From assembly GCA_030604195.1 (NCBI GenBank), contig JAUVWI010000001.1, positions 28,952 to 92,951 of the forward strand: a stretch of DNA of 64,000 nt. Reading direction: 5' to 3'. Positions 18,627-28,208 of the stretch are shown here, one piece after another. The position numbers and the translations under genes were made by a program. Source of the DNA: Spirochaetales bacterium (GTDB lineage: Bacteria > Spirochaetota > Spirochaetia > SZUA-6 > DRHE01). Under the pieces are notes generated by a model that saw only the letters and a list, made by a program, of their open reading frames with translations, did no database searches and was not told the origin of the DNA. Position 1 is the stretch's first letter. Each line of letters starts with the position of its first letter.

Positions 18627-20426
18627 ATGGATTTCTTCAACGAGCTCATGATCAAGGTTATTGAGGAAACCTCAGACGGTTTCCTCATTCTAAACCCCAA
18701 AAAAGAAATCATTTTCTTTAATGAAGTTTTTCTACGCATGATGGGCCTTCGTTCAATTGATATCTTTTCACAGGAAAAGGATCTGCTGCGCACCATACAG
18801 CCAGAAAATGGTAAAGAGAGCAATCTAACCATTAAGGTGGCTGATCGAAAAGGGGTTTCACACACCTTTCTGCTGGAAAGTTACCCTGTAGAAAACGTTT
18901 TAGGTCGATACTTCCTGCTGCGGGTCAATCCCTACCAACTGGTACCGGAAGAGAAGTTTTTTTCTAAAGAAAAATATGAGCTTATCTTCAACAACCTTGG
19001 TGATCCCCTCTATACAGCAGACATTAAGGGAAAAATCCTCTCCTGCAACCCGGCCTTTCTCAAACTTCTCCATCTCACTGGAGGTATTGAAAATATGGAG
19101 GATATTGACTCTTTTTACGTTAACCAGGATGAGCTGGAAGATAAGATCATTCGTCTGCTGGAGGCAAAATCAATTTACAACCTGGAAACCCACCTCTTTA
19201 CCGCATATAAAGAAGTTAGAAGGGTGCTGGATTCATCCTGGCTTATTGAGAATGAAGATGGAGTGGCAATAGGTTACTGCACCCATTTAAGAGATGTCAG
19301 CTACGTTCATAACCTGGAGCAGAGACTGCATATATCAGAGCGCAATTACCTGATGCTTCTGGGCTCCATTCTTTCATCAATGATTATTGTGGATCCATTA
19401 GGTAATATTTTAAACTGGAACTACGCTGCTGAAAAGTTTTACGGCTATAAATGGGAAGAGGTGGTAGGCAAAGATTTTGATGAAACTACCCGCCCGGATA
19501 AAAAGCACCGGTCAATAGAATCGATTATCAAGCTGGTAAATGAAAACAATGGCCGCTATATGGAAACTGATGTGCCCAGACAGTGCAAAGATTCAACTAT
19601 CCGTTTTACCTTTGCCTCCTACTCTGCCCTTATCAATTCAGAGGGAGAGACTATTGCCTACTCAATTATGGAAAAAGATCTTACTGAACGGATAAGACTG
19701 GAGCGGAAGCTTGCCGAATCTTTTGATCAGCTTAAACAGACCCAATCTGCGGCTATTCTGGGGTTCGCCCGCCTGACTGAATACCGTGATAAGAATACCG
19801 GCAAACATCTGGAGCGTATCAGGGAATACACCAGGGTGGTGGCCACAGCTCTGGCCGAGCTTCCTCAATACCGCAATTATATCAGCGATGAGTACATTGA
19901 AGATCTCTGCCTCTCTTCCATACTCCATGATGTGGGCAAGGTCGGTATAGAGGATTCTATTCTTGCCAAACCAGGCAAGCTGGATCCTGATGAGTTTGAT
20001 CGCATAAAGGATCACACCAATTTCGGAGGCGATGCCCTGAGTGAAGCGGATAGCCATATGACAAAGGAGTCTTTTCTTACAATAGGCAAGGAAATAGCCT
20101 ATTACCACCATGAACACTGGAACGGCAACGGCTACCCCAAGGGGCTCAAAGGCAAAGCCATACCTCTCTCAGCCCGCATCGTAGCCCTGGCAGATGTTTA
20201 CGACGCCCTTACCAGCGATAGGTCTTACAAGCAAGCCTTGCCACATAAAGAGGCTGTAGAAATTATTAAATCAGAAAGGGGCACCCACTTTGATCCTGAT
20301 ATTGTCGATGTCTTTATAGAGAACCAGGAAGTCTTTAGACGTATCAATAAATTTATCGCTTTTCAGGAAAACCCTGCAAGCATCAGTGATCTATTGGATC
20401 GCCAACAAGTTTCAGCTAAAAAATAA
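18627..20426 (+). CDS. PAS-domain HD-GYP c-di-GMP phosphodiesterase
   Basis: Three PAS-like segments; LHDVGK, HHEHWNGNGYP, ADVYDALTS. Confidence 0.93.
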   Translation: MDFFNELMIKVIEETSDGFLILNPKKEIIFFNEVFLRMMGLRSIDIFSQEKDLLRTIQPENGKESNLTIKVADRKGVSHTFLLESYPVENVLGRYFLLRVNPYQLVPEEKFFSKEKYELIFNNLGDPLYTADIKGKILSCNPAFLKLLHLTGGIENMEDIDSFYVNQDELEDKIIRLLEAKSIYNLETHLFTAYKEVRRVLDSSWLIENEDGVAIGYCTHLRDVSYVHNLEQRLHISERNYLMLLGSILSSMIIVDPLGNILNWNYAAEKFYGYKWEEVVGKDFDETTRPDKKHRSIESIIKLVNENNGRYMETDVPRQCKDSTIRFTFASYSALINSEGETIAYSIMEKDLTERIRLERKLAESFDQLKQTQSAAILGFARLTEYRDKNTGKHLERIREYTRVVATALAELPQYRNYISDEYIEDLCLSSILHDVGKVGIEDSILAKPGKLDPDEFDRIKDHTNFGGDALSEADSHMTKESFLTIGKEIAYYHHEHWNGNGYPKGLKGKAIPLSARIVALADVYDALTSDRSYKQALPHKEAVEIIKSERGTHFDPDIVDVFIENQEVFRRINKFIAFQENPASISDLLDRQQVSAKK

Positions 20427-20481
20427 AAAAACACTCTCTTTCGTATTGACAAAGCTCCATACATGGTGAAAATAGATAGAA

Positions 20482-20586
20482 ATGAATTGCATAAGCGGTT
20501 ACAGCCTTTTACTTACCCTTCCCCTGGCACTAATTATTATCAGCCTGATCATTATCGGGGTTACCCCGATAGTAACGGGAGGTTAG
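20482..20586 (+). CDS. ilv-leu operon leader peptide MNCISGYSLLLTLPLALIIISLIIIGVTPIVTGG (34 aa)
   Basis: Translated by hand: 7 Leu, 8 Ile, 2 Val. Lies just upstream of a terminator and ilvB. Confidence 0.85.
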   Translation: MNCISGYSLLLTLPLALIIISLIIIGVTPIVTGG

Positions 20587-20616
20587 CCGGGCTGCAGCCT
20601 AATAAGGGTTGTCTTC

Positions 20617-20652
20617 AGGCCGTTCTCCTTCCGGGAGAACGGCCTTTTTTTT
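20617..20652 (+). terminator. Attenuator terminator upstream of ilvB
   Basis: 12-bp perfect stem AGGCCGTTCTCC/GGAGAACGGCCT followed by a T-run. Confidence 0.9.
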
Positions 20653-20707
20653 GGGGATAGCCAAAAATTCTGGGACGTTGTGTAGATTAAATAACAAGGA
20701 GTAAGCC

Positions 20708-22447
20708 ATGAAAATATCAGGAGCCGAACTATTGGTAAAAGCCCTTCGCCGGGAAAAAGTCGATATATTATTCGGCTTTCCCGGTGGGGTTGTGATTCCC
20801 CTGTTTGACGCTCTCTATGCAGAACCGCGAATTCACGTAGTGCTTACCCGCCACGAACAGGGTGCGGTGCATGCGGCAGATGGTTATGCCCGCTCAACCG
20901 GAAAAACCGGGGTCTGCATTGCTACCAGCGGTCCCGGAGCCACCAATACAATCACCGGTCTGGCAACCGCTAATTTCGACTCGGTGCCTTTAGTCTGCTT
21001 CACAGGACAGGTGCCCAGCAGTATGATCGGTAACGACGCTTTTCAGGAGGCTGATACAGTAGGCTTGTCCAGACCGGTAACCAAACATAATTACCTGGTA
21101 ACTGACAGAAGGGATCTTTCCCGTATTATCAAAGAGGCCTTCACCCTGGCTTCAACCGGCAAGCCGGGTCCGGTATTAATAGATCTGCCCAAGGATATTT
21201 TTCTGGGGCTGGAGGAGTATGATTATCCTGATCAGGTCACTATCCGCGGCTATAACCCGGTAATTACGGGACATCCCGGGCAGATTAAAAAAGCAGCCGC
21301 AGCTCTGAGAAAGGCAAAGCAGCCGCTCTTCTATATCGGCGGCGGCATCAATATAGCCGGAGCCTCAGATATCTTTCGCCGGATTGTTGAGAAAACCGGA
21401 GTACCCACCGTAACATCCTTAATGGGCATCGGTGTCCTGCCGCGGAAGAATAAAGAAAACCTGGGGATGCTCGGTATGCACGGCACCTATGTAGCCAACA
21501 TGGCGGTTACCAACTGCGACCTGCTCTTTGCCATAGGCGCCCGCTTTGACGACCGCGCCACTGGTGACCTTGCCAAGTTTGCCCCCCATGCCCGCATAAT
21601 CCACATTGATATCGATCCTGCAGCAATTGCCCGCAATGTACCGGTTGAAATTCCAATAGTAGGCGATGCTGATAATATTCTGAAGAGTTTATATCCCCAT
21701 TTAAAAGCTGTTGATATAAAAAACTGGCTTCGTCAGATAGAGGATTGGAAAATTGAGCATCCCCTGGATAGCGACCATGAGGGCAAACGGCTGACCCCAC
21801 AGGGCGTAATCCAGGCAATTAACCGGGTATTTCCTGAAGCGATTATAACCACGGAAGTCGGGCAAAACCAGATGTGGGCTGCTCTATACTATGATTTCAA
21901 GCACCCCCGAACCTTCCTCACATCAGGTGGACTGGGCACTATGGGATATGGTTTCCCGGCGGCCATCGGCGCTCAAATAGGGAACCGGAACAAGAAGGTA
22001 ATCGACATAGCCGGAGACGGCTCCATCCAGATGAATATCCAGGAATTGGCCACCGCGGTTATTGAAGAGCTGCCCGTTATAGTTGCAATACTGAACAACA
22101 GCTACCTGGGTATGGTGCGCCAGTGGCAGGAACTCTTCTGTGATGGGCGCTATTCCTCCACCTGCCTCGGCCAACCGAATGACTACCCGGATAACTACGA
22201 TGAACCGGGAAAGGATTGTCCCGCCTATATACCTGATTTTGTTAAACTCGCCGAAGCCTATAATGCCATCGGCCTGCGGGTTAAAAACCGCAGTGAAGTA
22301 ATCCCCGCCCTGGAAGAGGCGGCAAAATCTACTAAAAAGCCGGTATTTATCGATTTCCTTATTGAAAAGGAGGCCAATGTATGGCCCATGGTACCCCCGG
22401 GAGCGGGAATAAATGAGATGATTTTCAGCAAGGAGGATCTTAAATGA
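20708..22447 (+). CDS. ilvB: Acetolactate synthase large subunit
   Basis: Motifs RHEQGAVHAADGYAR, TSGPGATN, GGLGTMGYG, GDGSIQMNIQEL. Confidence 0.97.
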   Translation: MKISGAELLVKALRREKVDILFGFPGGVVIPLFDALYAEPRIHVVLTRHEQGAVHAADGYARSTGKTGVCIATSGPGATNTITGLATANFDSVPLVCFTGQVPSSMIGNDAFQEADTVGLSRPVTKHNYLVTDRRDLSRIIKEAFTLASTGKPGPVLIDLPKDIFLGLEEYDYPDQVTIRGYNPVITGHPGQIKKAAAALRKAKQPLFYIGGGINIAGASDIFRRIVEKTGVPTVTSLMGIGVLPRKNKENLGMLGMHGTYVANMAVTNCDLLFAIGARFDDRATGDLAKFAPHARIIHIDIDPAAIARNVPVEIPIVGDADNILKSLYPHLKAVDIKNWLRQIEDWKIEHPLDSDHEGKRLTPQGVIQAINRVFPEAIITTEVGQNQMWAALYYDFKHPRTFLTSGGLGTMGYGFPAAIGAQIGNRNKKVIDIAGDGSIQMNIQELATAVIEELPVIVAILNNSYLGMVRQWQELFCDGRYSSTCLGQPNDYPDNYDEPGKDCPAYIPDFVKLAEAYNAIGLRVKNRSEVIPALEEAAKSTKKPVFIDFLIEKEANVWPMVPPGAGINEMIFSKEDLK

Positions 22448-22944
22448 CCCATGTATTTTCTCTTTTAGTAGAGAACCATCAAGGCGTCTTATCCAGGATA
22501 GCCGGTTTATTTTCAGGAAGGGGCTACAATCTGGACAGTATTACGGCCGGACCCACAATGGATCCCTCAATTACCAGGATTACCCTGGTCAGCCAGGGGG
22601 ATGACAATATCATCACCCAGATTAAAAAACAGCTTAATAAATTGATTGATGTTATTAAGATCACTGACCTGACATATCTATCTTCTCTCCACCGGGAGCT
22701 TGCTCTTATTAAGTTAAAGGCGAATCCCCGGCAAAGAGGAGAGATATTCCAGGTGGCTGACGTATTCCGCGCCAAAGTCATGGATGTTGGCTGTGAAACC
22801 ATGATACTCGAGCTAAGCGGATCGTCGGAAAAGATAGACGATTTTGCCGCCATACTGCAGCCTTATAATGTTCTGGAGATCGCCCGCAGCGGCTTAATCT
22901 CTTTAGAGCGTGGTAAAAAATCAGGAAAGAATGGAGGGAAATAA
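22444..22944 (+). CDS. ilvN: Acetolactate synthase regulatory subunit
   Basis: ACT motif LVENHQGVLSRIAGLFSGRGYN; QLNKLIDV. Confidence 0.96.
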   Translation: MTHVFSLLVENHQGVLSRIAGLFSGRGYNLDSITAGPTMDPSITRITLVSQGDDNIITQIKKQLNKLIDVIKITDLTYLSSLHRELALIKLKANPRQRGEIFQVADVFRAKVMDVGCETMILELSGSSEKIDDFAAILQPYNVLEIARSGLISLERGKKSGKNGGK

Positions 22945-22946
22945 TT

Positions 22947-24458
22947 ATGGAAAAAATTACTGTTCTTGATACAACCTTAAGGGACGGTGAACAGTCCCCC
23001 GGAGCTTCAATGTCCATTGAAGGCAAGTACGAGATTGCCGTGCAGCTGGCCCGTATGGGGGTTGACGTTATTGAAGCCGGGTTTCCCGTGTCCTCACCTC
23101 ATCAGTTCCAGGCCTGTGAGCTGATCTCGCAAAAGGTCAAGGGCGTGACTATTGCCGCCCTGGCCAGGTGTGTTGAAAAGGATATCGATGACGCATACCA
23201 GTCCACCCGGAATGCGGAGAACCAACGTTTGCATACCTTTATCGCCACTTCGCCGATACACATGAAGTACAAACTGCAGATGGAGCCCGATGATGTTATA
23301 GATATGGCTGTAAAAGCGGTCAAGTATGCCCGTAACCTGGCTCCCGAAGTGGAATTTTCTCCGGAAGACGGCACCAGAAGCGAGCTTGCTTTTCTCTGCC
23401 GCATACTGGAAAAGGTAATCGATGCGGGCGCCACTATTCTCAATATTCCGGATACGGTAGGCTATGCCATTCCTGATGAATTCGGCGCTCTTATTAAGGC
23501 CATAAGAGAGGGTGTTCCCAATATTGATAAAGCCGTAATCTCTGTACATTGCCATAATGACCTGGGGGTAGCGCTTGCCAATTCACTGGCCGCTATTCAG
23601 GCGGGAGCCCGCCAGGTAGAGGTTACAATTAACGGCATCGGTGAAAGGGCCGGAAATGCGGCGTTAGAAGAGCTGGTTATGGCGCTGTCTGTGCGCAACG
23701 ATTTCCTCCCCTATACCACCGGTATCGACAGCACGCAGATATACAACACCTCTCGTTTACTTTCCAATATAATTGCCTTCCCCATTCCCAGAAACAAACC
23801 GATTATCGGGGATAACGCCTTTGCCCATGAAGCCGGCATCCATCAGGACGGCGTACTTAAACATAGAAGCACTTATGAAATTATGACTCCCGAGGCAGTG
23901 GGACGGGATTCAAATAAACTCGTGTTAGGCAGGCATTCAGGTATGCATGGTTTCAGCAAGCGGCTCACTGAACTGGGACTGACCCTGGATAAGGATGATC
24001 TTAAGAAAGCATATCAGCGCTTTCTACAGATTGCCGACCGCAAGAAAGAGGTCTTTGATGAGGATCTTTTTGTAATTGTAAGTGATGAACTGGGACACGA
24101 ATCTCAAACCTATATACTGGATTACTTTAACATCCAGTCAGGCAACTTATCAGTGCCCACAGCCACTGTGCGCATTAAAAAAGCAGAAAAATTATTTGAA
24201 GAAGCAGCTACCGGGGATGGCCCGGTCGATGCCATCTTCAATGCCATTGACCGCGCCGTGGGAATTAAAACAACGCTGCTGGAATATACAGTCCAGGCTG
24301 TGACCCCGGGCCGCGGAGCCCTGGGCGAGGTGGCGGTTACTCTGAAGATTGATGAAAAAAAGATAATCGGCCGCGGCTCCTCCACTGATATCCTGGAGGC
24401 CAGCGCAAAAGCCTATGTGAGTGCCCTGAACCGGTATAAGGCGGTGGCTAATGTCTGA
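22947..24458 (+). CDS. leuA: 2-isopropylmalate synthase
   Basis: Motifs DTTLRDGEQSPG, HCHNDLG, GERAGNA, HEAGIHQDG, GDGPVDA. Confidence 0.96.
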   Translation: MEKITVLDTTLRDGEQSPGASMSIEGKYEIAVQLARMGVDVIEAGFPVSSPHQFQACELISQKVKGVTIAALARCVEKDIDDAYQSTRNAENQRLHTFIATSPIHMKYKLQMEPDDVIDMAVKAVKYARNLAPEVEFSPEDGTRSELAFLCRILEKVIDAGATILNIPDTVGYAIPDEFGALIKAIREGVPNIDKAVISVHCHNDLGVALANSLAAIQAGARQVEVTINGIGERAGNAALEELVMALSVRNDFLPYTTGIDSTQIYNTSRLLSNIIAFPIPRNKPIIGDNAFAHEAGIHQDGVLKHRSTYEIMTPEAVGRDSNKLVLGRHSGMHGFSKRLTELGLTLDKDDLKKAYQRFLQIADRKKEVFDEDLFVIVSDELGHESQTYILDYFNIQSGNLSVPTATVRIKKAEKLFEEAATGDGPVDAIFNAIDRAVGIKTTLLEYTVQAVTPGRGALGEVAVTLKIDEKKIIGRGSSTDILEASAKAYVSALNRYKAVANV

Positions 24459-25758
24459 AAATAGCCGGGGCATGACCCTTACTGAAAAAATACTGGCAGC
24501 AAAAGCCCGAGTTGAAAGGGTAATCCCGGGCGATTTTGTTGAGCTGGAGCCCGACCTGGGGCTCGGTAATGATATCACCGCACCCATGGCAATTGCCGAA
24601 TTCCGCAAAGCCGGCGGCGCCAGGGTCAAGTACCCGGAAAGGGTCTACCTGGTGCCCGATCACTTTACCCCGAATAAAGATATTCTCTCTGCCGAGCAGG
24701 TGAAAATCTTGCGTGAATTTGCCGGTGAGCAGCCTGGTGTGCATTTTTTTGAACAGGGAGAGGTAGGAGTGGAACACGCCCTGCTCCCCGAAATCGGGGT
24801 TGTACGTCCGGGAATGCTGATTATCGGCGCGGATTCCCATACCTGCACTTACGGCGCTCTGGGCGCTTTCGCCACCGGTGTAGGTTCCACTGATCTGGCC
24901 GGCTTCTTCTTAACAGGCAAAGCCTGGTTCAAAATACCGGCCTCAATAAAGGTTGTTTTTAAAGGCAAGCCCGATCCCTGGACCACCGGCAAAGACCTTA
25001 TCCTTTACCTGATCGGCAAACTTTCCGTATCAGGAGCAACCTACAAAGCTATAGAGTTCAGCGGTCCGGCTATTGATGATCTCTCAGTGGAAGGCCGCCT
25101 GACCATGGCCAACATGGCAATAGAGGCCGGGGCCAAAAATGGAATATTCTCAGCCGATCAAAAGGTAAAAGACTTTCTTAAGGATACTCCGGCAGGCAAT
25201 AATCCTGATTTCGAAATACTGAAGGCCGATGAAGATGCTCGCTATGAGCGCGTTATAGAGCTCGATGTGGATGGATTGCCACCCCAGATTGCTTTGCCCA
25301 ATCTGCCGGAGAATACCCGCAGCGTTGAAGAGGCCCAAGGCATCTCTATTGACCAGGTAGTAATCGGCAGCTGTACGAATGGGCGGATCGAAGACCTGCG
25401 GGAAGCGGCAAAGGTAATGAAGGGAAAGAAAATCGGTAAAGGTGTTCGCTGTATAATACTTCCGGCAACAGTCAAGATCTACCGGCAGGCAATGGATGAG
25501 GGTCTATTCACCATCTTCCTTGATGCAGGCGCGGTTATCTCACCACCGACCTGTGGTCCCTGCCTGGGCGGCCACATGGGTATATTGGCAGCCGGCGAGC
25601 GCTGCGTTGCCACTACCAACAGGAATTTTGTCGGCAGAATGGGCCACCGGGAGAGTGAAGTTTACCTGGCTTCACCGGCCACAGCTGCGGCAACCGCAGT
25701 AACCGGCGTCATTACCACTCCCCGGGCGGTTATAGATGGAAATGAAAGGAGCAATTAG
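24451..25758 (+). CDS. leuC: 3-isopropylmalate dehydratase large subunit (clostridial/archaeal LeuC/HacA type)
   Basis: Motifs GADSHTCTYG, GSCTNGR, CGPCLG, TTNRNFVGRMG. Confidence 0.95.
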   Translation: MSENSRGMTLTEKILAAKARVERVIPGDFVELEPDLGLGNDITAPMAIAEFRKAGGARVKYPERVYLVPDHFTPNKDILSAEQVKILREFAGEQPGVHFFEQGEVGVEHALLPEIGVVRPGMLIIGADSHTCTYGALGAFATGVGSTDLAGFFLTGKAWFKIPASIKVVFKGKPDPWTTGKDLILYLIGKLSVSGATYKAIEFSGPAIDDLSVEGRLTMANMAIEAGAKNGIFSADQKVKDFLKDTPAGNNPDFEILKADEDARYERVIELDVDGLPPQIALPNLPENTRSVEEAQGISIDQVVIGSCTNGRIEDLREAAKVMKGKKIGKGVRCIILPATVKIYRQAMDEGLFTIFLDAGAVISPPTCGPCLGGHMGILAAGERCVATTNRNFVGRMGHRESEVYLASPATAAATAVTGVITTPRAVIDGNERSN

Positions 25759-26241
25759 GTGATCTATCAAGGCAGAGTATATATTTTCGGTAATGACATT
25801 AACACCGATGAAATTATTCCGGCGCGCTACCTCAATACCTCCGATCCGAAAGTTTTGGCTAAATACTGTATGGAGGACGCCAGGCCCGGTTTCGCGCAAA
25901 ATGTGGAGCCCGGTAGTATTATGGTGGCGGGCAACAACTTCGGCTGCGGCTCTTCACGTGAGCACGCCCCCATTTCCATAAAAGAGGCGGGCATTGCCTG
26001 TGTGGCAGCCGCTTCCTTTGCCCGTATATTCTTTAGAAATGCCATAAATATCGGGCTGCCCATAGTTGAGTGTCCCGGTCTGGTTAACCGTGTTAAGGAG
26101 GGTGAAAAGCTTAAGATAAACCTGGAAGAAGGGGCGATTACCCTGCCATCCGGAGAAATAATAACCATCTCTCCTTTTCCGCCATTCATGCAGGCAATTA
26201 TTTCACAGGGGGGCTGGCTCTCCTATCTGAGTGCGAGGTAA
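25759..26241 (+). CDS. leuD: 3-isopropylmalate dehydratase small subunit
   Basis: Motifs INTDEIIPARYL, NFGCGSSREHAP, FARIFFRNAIN. Confidence 0.95.
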   Translation: MIYQGRVYIFGNDINTDEIIPARYLNTSDPKVLAKYCMEDARPGFAQNVEPGSIMVAGNNFGCGSSREHAPISIKEAGIACVAAASFARIFFRNAINIGLPIVECPGLVNRVKEGEKLKINLEEGAITLPSGEIITISPFPPFMQAIISQGGWLSYLSAR

Positions 26242-26244
26242 ATA

Positions 26245-27843
26245 ATGAAAGAAATAATAATCTACGATACTACCCTGCGGGATGGTATGCAGGGAACGGG
26301 AATTAATTTTACCCTGGCAGATAAATTGCAGATTGCCAGAGAGCTTGATGAACTTGGAATCGACTATATTGAGGGGGGGTTCCCCCTGGCTAATAAAAAA
26401 GAGGCTGAGTTCTTTGATCGTTTAAAGCAGGAGAGTTTCAAACACGCCAAAATTACGGCTTTCGGCTCAACGCGACAGCCCAATATAAAGGCGGAGAATG
26501 ATCCCAATATTGATGCCCTGCTGCAGGCGGAAACACCTGCTGTTACTGTGGTAGGCAAGAGCTGGAAGGCTCATGTGGAATTGGTTCTGCACACCTCTCT
26601 TCAGGAAAACCTCAATATGATCTATGACTCCATTACCACCTTAAGCAAAGCAGGCCGGGAGGTAATCTTCGACCTGGAACACTTCTTTGACGGTTATAAA
26701 GATGACCCTGAATATGCTATCCAGGTCCTGAAAGCCGGAACTGAAGCCGGCGCCACCGTTTTAGTGCTCTGCGATACCAATGGCGGCACCCTTCCCGGTG
26801 AAGTAACCGCCATAATGGCTGACTTAAGCAAAGAGAAGCTTAAGCCCCTGGGCGCTCACTTTCACAATGACTGCGGCACCGCCGTTGCCAACAGCCTGGC
26901 AGCCATCCATGCCGGCGCCATTCATGTTCAGGGCACGGTTAACGGCTGGGGTGAACGCGCAGGCAATGCCAACCTCTGTGTACTCATACCCAATCTCTGC
27001 CTCAAATTGAAGAGAGAGGCTCATGTGTGCGCCCAGTTGAAACATCTGACAGCTCTGTCACGCTTCATGTTTGAAAAGGCAAATATCATACCGGATAAAC
27101 GCCAGCCCTATGTAGGCAAAGCCGCGTTCAGCCATAAAGCTGGACAGCATGCCGATGTTCTATCCAAGGCCGCATATCTAATGGAACATATTCCCAGTGA
27201 AACCGTTGGTAATGAGCGAAGGATACTGCTCTCTGAGCTTGCGGGAAAATCCACCATTGTCAAGAAGCTGTCCAAATATGGGGACTTCGACAAATCATCC
27301 AGCGAAGTCAAAAAATTGGTAAAAGAGCTTAAACATCTTGAAGAGCAAGGTTATGAATATGAAGCGGCTGAAGCCTCCTTTGACCTGATTATCCGCAGGA
27401 CCCTTAACCGTTACACACCGCTGCTGGAGCTGCAGAACTACCACCTGGAGTCCTTTAAGAGCGGCTCATCACCGGCAAAAACGGTGAGCAAACTATTTCT
27501 AAAGATTACCGGAGCTGACGGCACCCCGATTAACAAAGAGGTAATGGGCGCCGCAGTGGGTCTGGGACCTGTTGAAGCCCTGGACGGCTCGCTGCGGGAT
27601 GCACTGTCACCCCACCACCCCTTTCTTTCGCACATAAAGCTTTCAGACTATGCGGTAAGGGTGCTCGATCCGGAGAGAGCCGCAGCAGCCAGGGTCAGGG
27701 TCTTTATTACCAGCTTTGACGGGCAGAGAAGCTGGGGTACAGTCGGTGTTTCAGAGAATATTGTTGAAGCATCGTGGCAGGCCTTAGTAGACAGCATAGA
27801 GTATTATTTCAACAACTATGTTCTGCAGAATGGGATCAGTTAA
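26245..27843 (+). CDS. cimA: Citramalate synthase
   Basis: Motifs DTTLRDGMQG, VGKSW, EHFFDGY, LCDTNGG, FSHKAGQH, SELAGKS, EAAEASF, WGTVGVSENIVEASWQAL. Confidence 0.9.
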   Translation: MKEIIIYDTTLRDGMQGTGINFTLADKLQIARELDELGIDYIEGGFPLANKKEAEFFDRLKQESFKHAKITAFGSTRQPNIKAENDPNIDALLQAETPAVTVVGKSWKAHVELVLHTSLQENLNMIYDSITTLSKAGREVIFDLEHFFDGYKDDPEYAIQVLKAGTEAGATVLVLCDTNGGTLPGEVTAIMADLSKEKLKPLGAHFHNDCGTAVANSLAAIHAGAIHVQGTVNGWGERAGNANLCVLIPNLCLKLKREAHVCAQLKHLTALSRFMFEKANIIPDKRQPYVGKAAFSHKAGQHADVLSKAAYLMEHIPSETVGNERRILLSELAGKSTIVKKLSKYGDFDKSSSEVKKLVKELKHLEEQGYEYEAAEASFDLIIRRTLNRYTPLLELQNYHLESFKSGSSPAKTVSKLFLKITGADGTPINKEVMGAAVGLGPVEALDGSLRDALSPHHPFLSHIKLSDYAVRVLDPERAAAARVRVFITSFDGQRSWGTVGVSENIVEASWQALVDSIEYYFNNYVLQNGIS

Positions 27844-27884
27844 GGCGACAACGGCCTTGAGAAACACCAGCCGAAAAACAAAGA

Positions 27885-27908
27885 GGTGATTGTAGCTCTA
27901 CAATCACC
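27885..27908 (-). terminator. Inverted repeat; terminator between the tRNA operon and cimA
   Basis: GGTGATTGTAG/CTACAATCACC perfect 11-bp inverted repeat; T-rich tail on the minus strand. Confidence 0.7.
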
Positions 27909-27940
27909 CCTTAAGTCCTTTAGATTTCTACCTACCTCAA

Positions 27941-28012
27941 TAGCCCCTAGGGGAGTCGAACCCCTCTTTGAAGAATGAGAATCTCCCGTCCTAGCCGATA
28001 GACGAAGGGGCC
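27941..28012 (-). tRNA. tRNA-Glu(CTC)
   Basis: Cloverleaf GGCCCCT...GGAGA-TTCTCAT-TCTTC...GGTTCGACT...AGGGGCT-A. No encoded CCA. Confidence 0.95.
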
Positions 28013-28019
28013 GTGCTTT

Positions 28020-28091
28020 CTTCCCGGGGAGGACTTGAACCCCCACGACAAGATCCAGAGTCTTGCGTGCTACCAATTACACAACCGGGAA
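28020..28091 (-). tRNA. tRNA-Gln(CTG)
   Basis: Cloverleaf TTCCCGG...CAAGA-CTCTGGA-TCTTG...GGTTCAAGT...CCGGGAA-G. No encoded CCA. Confidence 0.95.
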
Positions 28092-28107
28092 ATGCTTTAT
28101 GGCCAGT

Positions 28108-28136
28108 AATCTACTAAAAGGAGCTGAAATTGTCAA
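28108..28136 (-). promoter_or_regulatory. sigma70 promoter of the tRNA-Gln/Glu operon
   Basis: TTGACA-17 nt-TAGATT on the minus strand. Confidence 0.65.
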
Positions 28137-28208
28137 GCCATCTGGAGATTGCTTACTGGCACATGCCGACTTGCCAGGAAAGGTAGACTGATCAGGCGGA
28201 TGTGTCAA

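Noticed and set aside
20463-20660. 65-aa ORF upstream of ilvB
   Set aside because: It runs through the terminator. The Leu/Ile/Val-rich ORF in another frame (20482-20586) explains the region.
27840-28076. 78-aa minus-strand ORF
   Set aside because: It is a translation of tRNA-Gln and tRNA-Glu.
28157-28174. TGGCAC...TTGC resembling a sigma54 promoter
   Set aside because: GG-to-GC spacing is 13 nt rather than 10, and no same-strand gene follows.
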